56,167 nucleotides of DNA from Candidatus Peribacter sp. UBA6535. Lineage in GTDB: Bacteria > Patescibacteriota > Gracilibacteria > Peribacterales > Peribacteraceae. The stretch is taken from the NCBI GenBank assembly GCA_002436205.1, contig DJKT01000041.1, forward strand, positions 1 through 56,167. The letters are read 5' to 3'. The notes beneath the pieces are model-generated. The model searched no databases, was not told the DNA's origin, and saw nothing but the letters and a program-made list of their open reading frames with translations. This document shows positions 1 to 8,732 of the stretch, piece by piece (position 1 is the stretch's first letter; every line of letters starts with the position of its first letter). The position numbers and the translations under genes were made by a program.

Positions 1-1
1 C

Positions 2-538
2 AGGGTAACCAAAGTATTCTGGGCGCTGGATGCAAAGCTTGCCTACAAGCGTCACTTCCCTGCTATCAACTGGCTACAAAGCTACACACTGTACGCAGAC
101 AACCTCGAAGGTTGGTACGGTAAAGAGATCGCAGAAGACTTCTCTTCTAACCGCAAACGAGCCCAGGAGATCTTGCAGGACGAAAGCAAGCTAGAAGAAA
201 TCGTACGTCTTGTTGGTATGGATGCGCTCTCACCAAAGGAGCAACTGACTATGGAGACTGCACAAATGATTCGTGAAGACTTCTTGTTCCAAAATGGATT
301 CGACCCCGTTGATGCATACAGCTCACTCCAAAAACAGTACAGACTTCTCAAGTCTATCCTTACCTTTGCAGACGCTGCAGAACCAGTAATCACCCAAGAA
401 GACTTCGACTTTAAAAAACTTCAGGAACTCCCCGTAAAAGAAGAAATTGCTCAAGCGAGCCTCTTGCCGGAAGATGAAGTAGAAGAAAAGTTCAACAAAC
501 TTGATGAAACTATCCGTTCCCAAATTTCCTCCCTCTAA
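2..538 (+). CDS. atpA: A/V-type ATP synthase catalytic subunit A, C-terminal part (5' end lies outside the window)
   Basis: Frame 2 is open from the window edge. The translation [31 protein letters not shown]...[32 protein letters not shown] matches the conserved C-terminal region of V/A-ATPase subunit A. Subunit B starts 2 nt after the stop. Confidence 0.85.
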   Translation, partial: RVTKVFWALDAKLAYKRHFPAINWLQSYTLYADNLEGWYGKEIAEDFSSNRKRAQEILQDESKLEEIVRLVGMDALSPKEQLTMETAQMIREDFLFQNGFDPVDAYSSLQKQYRLLKSILTFADAAEPVITQEDFDFKKLQELPVKEEIAQASLLPEDEVEEKFNKLDETIRSQISSL

Positions 539-540
539 TT

Positions 541-1983
541 ATGTCTACAGCTTACAAAACAGTTCACGACATCGCAGGTCCACTCCTTATGGTTAAGGAT
601 GTGGAGGGCGTGGCCTACGACGAACTCTGTGAAATCGAACTTACCGACGGATCTAAGCGTCTCGGTAAAGTACTTGAGTCCCGAGAGGGGCTTGCCGTTG
701 TGCAGCTCTTCGAAGACGCACAGGGTGCAACGACCAAGGGTACCAAAGTACGCTTCCTTGGCCGCACATTCGAACTCGGAGTCTCCGAAGATATGCTTGG
801 TCGTATCTTTGATGGGTCCGGTAAACCAATGGACCAAGGTCCTGAAATCGTTCCAGAAAAGAAACTGGACATTAATGGTGCACCGATCAATCCTGCAAGC
901 CGTGATTTTCCGGATGACTTTATCCAAACCGGTATCTCCACTATTGATGTCTTAAACACTCTCGTGCGAGGACAAAAGCTTCCGATTTTCTCGGGAGCAG
1001 GTCTCCCTCACGCACAACTTGCAGCACAAATCGCTCGTCAGGCTCGCGTGCTTGCAGAGAGTGAGGTGGCAGAAGGAAAAGGATCGAAAGACATAAAAAC
1101 TGATGATAAATTCGCGGTGGTGTTTGCAGCGATGGGTGTGACGTTCGAAGAGGCACAGTTCTTTAAGAACGAATTTGAGAAGACTGGCGCACTTAGTCGT
1201 GCGGTTCTCTTTTTAAACACTGCAGATAACCCCGTGGCAGAGCGTATTGCTACTCCACGTTTGGCTCTAACTGCAGCAGAATACCTCGCATACGAAAAAG
1301 ACTATCACGTAACGGTAATTATCACCGATATGACCAACTACTGTGAAGCACTACGAGAAATCTCCGCTGCGCGAAAAGAAGTTCCCGGTCGTCGAGGTTA
1401 CCCAGGGTATCTCTACACCGACCTTGCAACTCTGTATGAGCGAGCTGGACGTATCAAAGGAAAGAAAGGTTCCATCACGCAGATTCCTATCCTTACAATG
1501 CCGGAAGATGATGTGACCCACCCAATCCCCGACCTTACAGGATACATCACCGAAGGACAGATTCGTCTCGACAGAGGGCTGCACCAAAAAGCGATCTTCC
1601 CACCGGTTATTCCTATGGGGTCTCTCTCTCGTCTTAAGGGTAAGGCACAAGGTGAAGGTGTTACTCGTGACGATCACTCCGGTATGGATGCGCAGCTTAC
1701 AGCAGCCTACGCCCGTGGAGCAGAAGTCCGTGAGCTTGCGGTTATCCTCGGTGAATCTTCTCTCTCTGATACGGACAAGGCCTACCTCAAGTTTGCAGAT
1801 CGATTCGAAAAAGAATTCATCACACAAGGAGAGGGTGAAAACCGCTCGATCTTTGACTCACTCAGTATTGGTTGGGATCTTCTTACAGAACTCCCACGGT
1901 CAGAACTGAAGCGTGTAAAACCAGACCAGATTGATAAGTATATGAAGAAAAAGAAAGAATCTGCAGAACCTGTCGCTGCATAA
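541..1983 (+). CDS. atpB: A/V-type ATP synthase subunit B
   Basis: 480 aa with an ATG start. The N-terminus [19 protein letters not shown] and the motifs [36 protein letters not shown] and [25 protein letters not shown] are typical of the non-catalytic V-ATPase B subunit. Confidence 0.92.
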   Translation: MSTAYKTVHDIAGPLLMVKDVEGVAYDELCEIELTDGSKRLGKVLESREGLAVVQLFEDAQGATTKGTKVRFLGRTFELGVSEDMLGRIFDGSGKPMDQGPEIVPEKKLDINGAPINPASRDFPDDFIQTGISTIDVLNTLVRGQKLPIFSGAGLPHAQLAAQIARQARVLAESEVAEGKGSKDIKTDDKFAVVFAAMGVTFEEAQFFKNEFEKTGALSRAVLFLNTADNPVAERIATPRLALTAAEYLAYEKDYHVTVIITDMTNYCEALREISAARKEVPGRRGYPGYLYTDLATLYERAGRIKGKKGSITQIPILTMPEDDVTHPIPDLTGYITEGQIRLDRGLHQKAIFPPVIPMGSLSRLKGKAQGEGVTRDDHSGMDAQLTAAYARGAEVRELAVILGESSLSDTDKAYLKFADRFEKEFITQGEGENRSIFDSLSIGWDLLTELPRSELKRVKPDQIDKYMKKKKESAEPVAA

Positions 1984-2732
1984 TGCTCCAATCCCCATTC
2001 GCTATCATCGGCACTGCATGGAGCTTCTACAAGAAGCAACCCGTGCTAAACGAAATCGCCTTCTGGCTGTTCTTTTTGCCTGTCGCATTCATGGATGCAT
2101 TCAGCGGAATGATAGGCATCGCAGAAGCGCAAGATATAGAAGACCTATCACTGGAGTCATTCACGGCAATGGAAATCGCCGTCATGGTTCCTCTAATCGT
2201 TTTGCTCATCTATCTCCTTTTCTGGGGACAAGCCTGTGTACTGACTGTTGCAAAACGTATGGTCAGTAGCCCCGCAGGTCGCAACCGAACATCATTTAAA
2301 GCTGTACGAAAGGAGGCACGCAAGTTTATTGGTGCTCTGATTCTTACAGAAGTACTTCGAGGTATTATCACCCTACTGTGGTCATTGCTTCTGATAGTCC
2401 CCGGTATCATCTACTCCGTACGCACAGTCTTCTATGACATTATGATGATAGAAGAAGGCAAGGTCGCCTACGGTCGCCCTGTGCTTAATAGGAGTAAGGA
2501 CTTTGTAAAAGGAAAGACGTGGGACGTGCTTTGGAGAATTGTTGTTATAGCACTCTGCATCTTCCTTCCTGTTGCTCTGATAGACAGTAGTATTACAGGA
2601 ATACTCACTATAGTAGACTCACGACTTGAGACACTCGGTCTCGTTCTTGCAGACTTTGTTGATGCCTTTGCCGGTGTCTTCTTTATTGTCTGCGTCGTCG
2701 CTGTATATGCTGACCTTAAAAAAGCTTCTTAA
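1983..2732 (+). CDS. Polytopic membrane protein of unknown function embedded in the V-ATPase operon
   Basis: 249 aa with several long hydrophobic segments. Its ATG overlaps the atpB stop by 1 nt (TAATG), and atpD starts 7 nt after its stop. I recognise no catalytic motif. Confidence 0.5.
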   Translation: MLQSPFAIIGTAWSFYKKQPVLNEIAFWLFFLPVAFMDAFSGMIGIAEAQDIEDLSLESFTAMEIAVMVPLIVLLIYLLFWGQACVLTVAKRMVSSPAGRNRTSFKAVRKEARKFIGALILTEVLRGIITLLWSLLLIVPGIIYSVRTVFYDIMMIEEGKVAYGRPVLNRSKDFVKGKTWDVLWRIVVIALCIFLPVALIDSSITGILTIVDSRLETLGLVLADFVDAFAGVFFIVCVVAVYADLKKAS

Positions 2733-2738
2733 AACATT

Positions 2739-3374
2739 ATGGCTCTCCTCAATGTAAATCCGACACGAATGGCCCTGATGGACTTAAAACGCAGACACAA
2801 GTCTGCAAAGCGTGGCCATAAGCTTCTTAAGGATAAACAAGACGGACTCATGCAACAGTTTATGAGCATCATCCGAGAGGCAAAAATGCTTCGTGAAGAA
2901 GTAGAAGAGCAACTGGGAAACGTCTTTAAGAAGTTCCTCACAGCATCTGCATGGATGACCGAGGCACAGCTACAAAATGCTCTCAGCAGCCCACAAGCAA
3001 AGATCGAACTGGAGGTAGAAACCAAGAATGTGATGAGTGTGAAAATCCCTAATTTCACTATATCAAAAGAAGGAACCATTAAGTCCTACGGATACGCAGG
3101 AACCAACGCAATGTTTGACGAAGCTGTCGAAGCATTAGAGAAGGTATTTGAAGTACTCATCAATCTTGCACAAATCGAAAAGCAGGCAGAGGCGATGGCT
3201 ATCGAACTCGAAACTACCCGCCGCCGTGTAAACGCCTTGGAGCACAAGATGATCCCGGACCTCGAAGAAACCGTGAAGTACATCAAAATGAAACTTGATG
3301 AGTCTGAAAGAGCCGGCATTATTGCCACGATGCGTATCAAAGCTTCCCTCGAAGCACAGGAGGCACAGGGATAG
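2739..3374 (+). CDS. atpD: A/V-type ATP synthase subunit D
   Basis: 211 aa. The N-terminus NVNPTRMALMDLKRRHKSAKRGHKLLKDKQDGLMQQF and the C-terminal TTRRRVNALEHKMIPDLEETVKYIKMKLDE are the hallmark coiled-coil stalk sequences of subunit D. Confidence 0.88.
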   Translation: MALLNVNPTRMALMDLKRRHKSAKRGHKLLKDKQDGLMQQFMSIIREAKMLREEVEEQLGNVFKKFLTASAWMTEAQLQNALSSPQAKIELEVETKNVMSVKIPNFTISKEGTIKSYGYAGTNAMFDEAVEALEKVFEVLINLAQIEKQAEAMAIELETTRRRVNALEHKMIPDLEETVKYIKMKLDESERAGIIATMRIKASLEAQEAQG

Positions 3375-3972
3375 GTCTACCAAACCAAATAATCACTGCA
3401 GCAATAAGTGAACCGATGAGATTGAATACAAGATCCCATCCGGTATTGATGTACCCACCAACATTCGTCGATGGTAATGCGAGGGTCGCAAAGAACTCAA
3501 TAATTTCATTCGCAGCTCCAAGTCCATTAGAAGCAAGAACTGCAAGAACAATTTCTGTAAGATATTCCTGCGTACCAGAAACAATAGGACGTAGTGCCTG
3601 CCAACATGCCCATGTACAAACACCAAACCCGAAGCCGTGCACTATGTGATCGTATTTAATGTAATCTGGTATAAGCCAGAGGCTATACAGCACCGCATGC
3701 TCTCCATTATGAGGCCAGCTCTGGGGGATTGGCATCAGCCCACCTAACATATGCAAGAGACCCCAGGCAGAAAGACACCAAAGAATTCCTGTAGAAAACC
3801 GTACCTTGTTGTGAATGTTCATCACAGATAAGCCAATAATTAGCACAACGCATATATAAATGATGAACTCCCAGTTTTGCAGTCTCCATGAAAATAGTGA
3901 AGCAACCAGTAGATACAAAAGCGTAAAACTTATCACCGATCGTTCTGCCGACTTGGAAGCAAACTTAGACAT
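3337..3972 (-). CDS. Hypothetical polytopic membrane protein (possibly YjdF/DUF2238-like)
   Basis: The ORF is open to a GTG at 3993, and the first ATG (MSKFASK) is at 3972. It has about 6 hydrophobic helices. Its 3' end overlaps atpD convergently by 38 nt. The family call is only a weak impression. Confidence 0.45.
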   Translation of the reverse strand: MSKFASKSAERSVISFTLLYLLVASLFSWRLQNWEFIIYICVVLIIGLSVMNIHNKVRFSTGILWCLSAWGLLHMLGGLMPIPQSWPHNGEHAVLYSLWLIPDYIKYDHIVHGFGFGVCTWACWQALRPIVSGTQEYLTEIVLAVLASNGLGAANEIIEFFATLALPSTNVGGYINTGWDLVFNLIGSLIAAVIIWFGRPIPVPPVLRGKL

Positions 3973-3993
3973 TGCAAATACAATACACCTCAC

Positions 3994-4389
3994 CTAGGCG
4001 TATTTCCCAACAAAATATTTTGCCGTCTCTGTCGTTTCCTTCATCTGTAATATCTCTTCCTTCGTAAGAAATGCAGCACCCGCACCTTCATATACACCAA
4101 TATCATTCCACGAAATTGGTTGTGTATATTCGAAGAAAAATACATTTCGCTCCTCACCTTCTCCGTGTATTTCATTGGTAAGTAATCGAAGATGTTCCTC
4201 AGAAATATCTAAACCCAACTCTTCTTTTATCTCACGTACAATCGCCTGCTGCTCAGTTTCATCTTGATGATCAGCGCTACCACCAAAGAAACTCCACATA
4301 AGCGGACTAGTAGGTGCTCCACTATCACGATATTGTAATAGAATCTTGCCTTTTCCATCCCGGAAAATTATGACAGAGAGTCGATTCAT
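3994..4389 (-). CDS. NUDIX hydrolase
   Basis: 131 aa. The Nudix box GGSADHQDETEQQAIVREIKEELGL fits the consensus GX5EX7REUXEEXGU. Confidence 0.8.
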   Translation of the reverse strand: MNRLSVIIFRDGKGKILLQYRDSGAPTSPLMWSFFGGSADHQDETEQQAIVREIKEELGLDISEEHLRLLTNEIHGEGEERNVFFFEYTQPISWNDIGVYEGAGAAFLTKEEILQMKETTETAKYFVGKYA

Positions 4390-4392
4390 AAT

Positions 4393-4734
4393 TTAAGCAA
4401 CGGCCTTCACCACTGCTTCGAATACTTTCGGGTCATTTACTGCAAGTTCACTGAGTGCCTTACGATCGAGTTCTACTTTCTTATCTTTCAGAGCTTTAAT
4501 GAAACGACTGTAGTTCATCCCGTGACCTGCAACCGCAGCGTTGATACGTGTAATCCAGAGAGCACGGAAATCACGCTTCTTCTTTTTGCGGTCGATGTAT
4601 GCATGCTGCCCTGCTTTCATTACCGCTTCGTTTGCTTTCTTGAATGTAGAACTACGCATCCCACGATACCCCTTCGCAAGTTTGCGAATTTTCTTGTGGC
4701 GCCGGCTTCGTATGTAACCTGTCGTTACGCGCAT
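4393..4734 (-). CDS. rplT: 50S ribosomal protein L20
   Basis: 113 aa, MRVTTGYIRSRRHKKIRKLAKGYRG...RALWITRINAA...LAVNDPKVFEAVV. It occupies the canonical infC-rpmI-rplT position. Confidence 0.95.
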   Translation of the reverse strand: MRVTTGYIRSRRHKKIRKLAKGYRGMRSSTFKKANEAVMKAGQHAYIDRKKKKRDFRALWITRINAAVAGHGMNYSRFIKALKDKKVELDRKALSELAVNDPKVFEAVVKAVA

Positions 4735-4736
4735 GA

Positions 4737-4931
4737 CTAGAGATAGGGAAGGAGAGATTTGAGCTTCTTGGTGTCGCCCTTCTCTGTTACAAGAGTTCGA
4801 CTGAGGCTCTTTTGACGCTTACTTTTCTGCAGCAAGAGGTGATTGCGGCTATTGCGTTTTACCGCAACTTTGCCAGAACCGGTCTTTTTGACCCGTTTTT
4901 TAGCGCCGCTATGACTCTTCTGTTTAGGCAT
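4737..4931 (-). CDS. rpmI: 50S ribosomal protein L35
   Basis: 64 aa and very basic, MPKQKSHSGAKKRVKKTGSGKV...RNSRNHLL. It lies 2 nt upstream of rplT. Confidence 0.93.
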   Translation of the reverse strand: MPKQKSHSGAKKRVKKTGSGKVAVKRNSRNHLLLQKSKRQKSLSRTLVTEKGDTKKLKSLLPYL

Positions 4932-5020
4932 TTATACTGAGTGAATCGAAGTATCGGAGGCAGTTTATAGGTAAAATCGCCCGATTCAAGCAAAATCTGG
5001 CACAATTTGGTAGTTAATTA

Positions 5021-5512
5021 CTAACTCCTTTTTGGCCGCACAATAGCTGTAAATTGATTCCCTTGAGGCTTTACCTCCTGCTCAATCTCAGAAACATCGG
5101 CAAGCTCGGCCACAAGAGCTGTTAGCTTTTGACGAGCATAATCCTTGTTGGTCATCTCTCGTCCACGCAAGCGAACCACCAGCTTTACCAAATGGCGTTC
5201 TGCCAAAAACTCTCGTGCACGATCCAAGATACGATCAAGATCATGCTTTTCTGTACGAAAAGAGAATCTCAGCATCTTTACCTCTGTCTGCTTGCTGTGT
5301 GCCTTTTGCTTCTGATCCTTCTTCTTCTGCTGATACATATACCGTCCAAAATCTGTGATCTTTACAACGGGGGGCGTAGCTTTTGGTGATATCTCTATGA
5401 GGTCTAGCTCTTCTTCCTGCGCACGAGTAATAGCATCCGCTATAGAAAGCTCTTCGGAGTTTTTCTCCTCATCGATCAAACGCACTGTTGGCGCAGTAAT
5501 CTCTTCATTCAT
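5021..5512 (-). CDS. infC: Translation initiation factor IF-3
   Basis: 163 aa. It contains VRLIDEEKN...AITRAQEEELDLIEISPKATPPVVKITDFGRYMYQQKKK and C-terminal domain motifs (KMLRFSFRTEKHDL). It is the first gene of the infC-rpmI-rplT cluster. Confidence 0.92.
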   Translation of the reverse strand: MNEEITAPTVRLIDEEKNSEELSIADAITRAQEEELDLIEISPKATPPVVKITDFGRYMYQQKKKDQKQKAHSKQTEVKMLRFSFRTEKHDLDRILDRAREFLAERHLVKLVVRLRGREMTNKDYARQKLTALVAELADVSEIEQEVKPQGNQFTAIVRPKRS

Positions 5513-5634
5513 TCGAGGTCTCTTTTCCTTCTTTTTCGTTGCGATATGTTTCCGACGTTTTTGCAGAGTGAGATTGGGGTAGTGATAACAAGGGGAATTT
5601 GGCTTAAGAGAGGATTTCTGTCAAGAAATTGCTC

Positions 5635-6510
5635 TTAAGATCCCTCACTAAAAATCAATAGTGTCAGACCGAGCTTCTGCCATTTAGGCGCTGCACCTGG
5701 ACGAATGGATACTTCTTCTACCGCCATAAGCTGCATAGGCCAAAGTTTGTATCCGCTAAGAATCTCTTCCAAATCACTACGCAATAAGATTTTTACCTCT
5801 CGCAGAAGTGATGTTCGAAGCACGTTCTCAAATAGATTATGGAATGTCGTCGAACTAAATGATCGCTTGAGTTGCTCTTCGTACGTCTTAGGATTTTCGG
5901 CGTAGCGAAGAAGATCTGCAGTGAGAAACTGTTCCAGAGCAACAATACCGGATGGATTCTCTTGCTCTATACGATCAACCAGAAGATCTATCTCCTGCTG
6001 AGTAAGCACATCTCCAACGGTTAACAGTCCCGATAGACGAATAAGTAACATGATCGTTTTCACTCCATCTTCATGCGCTGCAAACTCCACAGAGATCGTG
6101 CGGGACGCAGAACCGTCTTCACGCTTCGTGGTTTCAGAAATATCCAGATCCGACATGCTTGCGATCAAGCCATCACGGGTAAGAACATCACGAATCACTT
6201 CGAATGTCGCAACTGTGCGACTAACATTTGTCTCTTCTGGTAGAGCGTATACCTCCACCTTCTCTTGCTGTGAACCAATGCGAGTTGCTGCATGCAACTC
6301 GGTAAGCTCAAGCTGCTGTGTAAGAGTTGCTAACCTTCGTTCCATTTGTGGTAACTGACCGACAATCGGAACAGAGATATCTCGCACCTGAATAATTGTC
6401 TGAATGTGTGCGTGTATCAGAAGTCCAGTAATAACCATGAGGCCAGACCCCACTCCAAAAAGTGTAACAGGATGCAGGGCTGCCAGACGACGAAAAGTCT
6501 TGCGAATCAT
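5635..6510 (-). CDS. Hypothetical bitopic membrane protein (N-terminal TM, PilO-like topology)
   Basis: 291 aa with a single N-terminal hydrophobic helix followed by a coiled-coil-like stretch. Its ATG overlaps the upstream stop (ATGA at 6507-6510). No motif is recognised. Confidence 0.4.
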   Translation of the reverse strand: MIRKTFRRLAALHPVTLFGVGSGLMVITGLLIHAHIQTIIQVRDISVPIVGQLPQMERRLATLTQQLELTELHAATRIGSQQEKVEVYALPEETNVSRTVATFEVIRDVLTRDGLIASMSDLDISETTKREDGSASRTISVEFAAHEDGVKTIMLLIRLSGLLTVGDVLTQQEIDLLVDRIEQENPSGIVALEQFLTADLLRYAENPKTYEEQLKRSFSSTTFHNLFENVLRTSLLREVKILLRSDLEEILSGYKLWPMQLMAVEEVSIRPGAAPKWQKLGLTLLIFSEGS

Positions 6511-7091
6511 CGAACGGAAATGTGTAATGTAAACGGTGAGAAGAATGAATTGTTGGCACCTTCTTGCCTTGTGTAACGAGAAGTTTCTATGGAAATCACC
6601 ATAGGAATCCTATCGATCTCCTCTACAAACTGTGCAAGCACGGTCATAGAACGTGGTCCAACATTGTGAATTTCTCCACGAAGCTCAGCAACGTTTGTCT
6701 GAGCATCAAAATAAAATCCAGATAGAGCAACGACGTCTGTGCGCCCTGGCACTAAGTGCGTGATCACTTGGTTTACCTCACTACGTAATTGCTGGAACTT
6801 CAATCGTTCATTCTTTAATCCTTTAAGTCTCTCATAGAGATCATGGTCCACAGGCAATAAGAATTGGCCTCTTTGCTGTTCCATTGTGACAATCTGTCCT
6901 TCGAGGTCTGCCTTATAGGATTTCAGCTCCTGCAATCCACGAACTGTGCCTCCAATTTCTACCCGAGTAAGCTCCGGAACGAGCAAGAACCATGACAACG
7001 TCAGTAACGTTGCCAGCACAAGGGCAAAGAGAAAGAATGAGAACGCAGTGCGCCTTGCAATATCGCCGAAGCTGTGACGTTCTCTGTTCAA
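6507..7091 (-). CDS. Hypothetical bitopic membrane protein (PilN-like architecture)
   Basis: 194 aa with a TTG start. It has a short basic cytoplasmic N-terminus, one TM, a coiled-coil and a small alpha/beta C-terminal domain. This layout resembles PilN/fimbrial assembly proteins, but no pilM, pilQ or pilin gene is adjacent. Confidence 0.4.
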   Translation of the reverse strand: MNRERHSFGDIARRTAFSFFLFALVLATLLTLSWFLLVPELTRVEIGGTVRGLQELKSYKADLEGQIVTMEQQRGQFLLPVDHDLYERLKGLKNERLKFQQLRSEVNQVITHLVPGRTDVVALSGFYFDAQTNVAELRGEIHNVGPRSMTVLAQFVEEIDRIPMVISIETSRYTRQEGANNSFFSPFTLHISVR

Positions 7092-7257
7092 GGTTTTTGT
7101 ATTGGTTTCCTCTCATTATAGCGGAAAAGTGCTCTTTATTCCACCGGCAGAGTTTGCAAGATTTAGAAATTGTGTTGTAAAAATTTACAACAGCCAGTGG
7201 AAGAATCCGCTATAAATCGCTATACTATAATCAAATACTTCTCTCCCCCCTTCTACC

Positions 7258-8347
7258 GTGGAAGAACTTCTCAGCAAATTGACGGCACTCCAAGCTGCAC
7301 TCCACACGGGGAAGGACAGTCTTTGAGGCAAAAGGTATACCAGCCCTCATTAAAGAACTCGAGGAAAAATCCAATGATCCAAACCTCTGGGATGATCAGA
7401 TTTCTGCTAATGCGCTTTTTGCAAAACTCAAATCACTCAAAGTACAGTGGGAACCTATACGCACACTACTTTCGGAAGTTGATGATTTATTGGAGATGAT
7501 CGAAGCATCCGCTGCCGAAGATCTTCCCGCGCTGGAAGAAGAGCTGCAAACACTCGAACACAAGTGGCAAGAAGTAGAAACCAACCTGTACCTGAGTGGC
7601 GAGTTTGATGCGAACAATGCCTACATCACTATTAGTGGGGGTGCCGGTGGTACAGAGGCACAAGACTGGGCTGCCATGCTTTTGCGTATGTATTTACGGT
7701 ACTGCGAAAGGCAAGGATGGCAATCGCAACTCATCGAAAAAACTGATGGCCAAGAGGCAGGTATAAAATCTGCAACCATTCATATACAAGGAGAATTTGC
7801 CTACGGATTTCTGCGATGTGAACGTGGGACCCATCGTCTCGTTCGGCTCTCTCCATTCAATGCAAAAAACCTGAGGCAGACAAGCTTCGCACTGGTCGAA
7901 GTGTTACCGGAAATTACAGAGAGTAAAGAAGTAGAGATCGAAGAAAAAGATCTACGAGTGGATACCTTCCGCGCAAGTGGTGCAGGTGGACAGCATGTAA
8001 ATAAAACCGATAGTGCTGTGCGTATTACTCATGAGCCAACGGGACTTGCTGTTGCATGTCAAAGCGAGAGAAGCCAACAGCAAAATAGAATACAGGCAAT
8101 GAACATGTTGCGCGCGAAGCTCCTCGAAAAGAAGCGCATAGAAGAAGACGCAAAAAAAGAAGGCTTGAAGGGTGCACAAAAAAGCGCTGACTTCGGCCAG
8201 CAAATTCGTTCGTATGTTTTGCACCCCTATCAGATGGTGAAGGACCTACGAACAAATATAGAGACAAGTAATACTGATGAAGTGCTGGATGGAGATATTC
8301 AGCAATTTATAGATGCTGAACTCAAGCGTTCAAAAAAGACCCCGTAA
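7258..8347 (+). CDS. prfB: Peptide chain release factor 2, expressed through a programmed +1 ribosomal frameshift at 7321-7327
   Basis: Frame 1 runs from GTG 7258 (VEELLSKLTALQAALHTGKDSL) into CTT TGA G at 7321-7327. The +1 frame continues EAKGIPALIKELEEKSNDPNLWDD and joins the track ORF 7490..8347. That ORF carries the RF2 SPF tripeptide (RLSPFNAKN) and the GGQ motif (SGAGGQHVNKTDSAVRITH). A purine-rich SD-like GGGGAAGGA (7308-7316) lies 4 nt upstream of CTT. Confidence 0.9.
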
Positions 8348-8366
8348 CGGAGCCTTTTTGAACGCT
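8325..8366. terminator. Hairpin between convergent prfB and the histone-fold sORF (candidate bidirectional terminator)
   Basis: AGCGTTCAAAAA (8325-8336) pairs with TTTTTGAACGCT (8355-8366), giving a 12-bp stem. The loop contains the prfB stop codon. Confidence 0.4.
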
Positions 8367-8378
8367 TTATAATGTGGA

Positions 8379-8549
8379 CTAGAGGTCCTCAGCGCGAACG
8401 GTCTTACGACCATTAGCTTTAGCGCGGTCGCAAGCCTTTGCAACGGAAGCCTCGAGTTCTGCAGATACTGCGTCTGCGAGGTCACCGGAAGACATCATAC
8501 CGTGCTTCTTTACGAGCTCTTTGAGCTTGGAAGCTACTACGTAACTCAT
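8379..8549 (-). CDS. Small histone-fold protein (DUF1931 / bacterial histone HBb-like), 56 aa, not in the ORF track
   Basis: ATG at 8549-8547 and TAG at 8381-8379. The translation is MSYVVASKLKELVKKHGMMSSGDLADAVSAELEASVAKACDRAKANGRKTVRAEDL. Its length, the helix-strand-helix pattern and the C-terminal GRKTV..ED signature fit singlet bacterial/archaeal histone-fold proteins of the DUF1931 family. Confidence 0.6.
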   Translation of the reverse strand: MSYVVASKLKELVKKHGMMSSGDLADAVSAELEASVAKACDRAKANGRKTVRAEDL

Positions 8550-8732
8550 GAGTAGGAGTGGTAGGAAGTAATAACGACCCGAATTCTAGGGAGTAAACCG
8601 TCAAGCCCGCAAGTCTAAATTGCCAAATTTGTGCAGTATTTTTATGCAGAAAGCCAATTGACAGCATTGAGTGTTTCAGCAAGGGGGTGATTTGGACACA
8701 AGTCACAATCGAACTTTTTAGCTTAAATAAGC

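Noticed and set aside
7170-7499. 109-aa plus-strand ORF overlapping the 5' region of prfB
   Set aside because: It is an alternative frame across the prfB frameshift region. The RF2 N-terminus is fully accounted for by GTG 7258 plus the +1 shift at 7321-7327.
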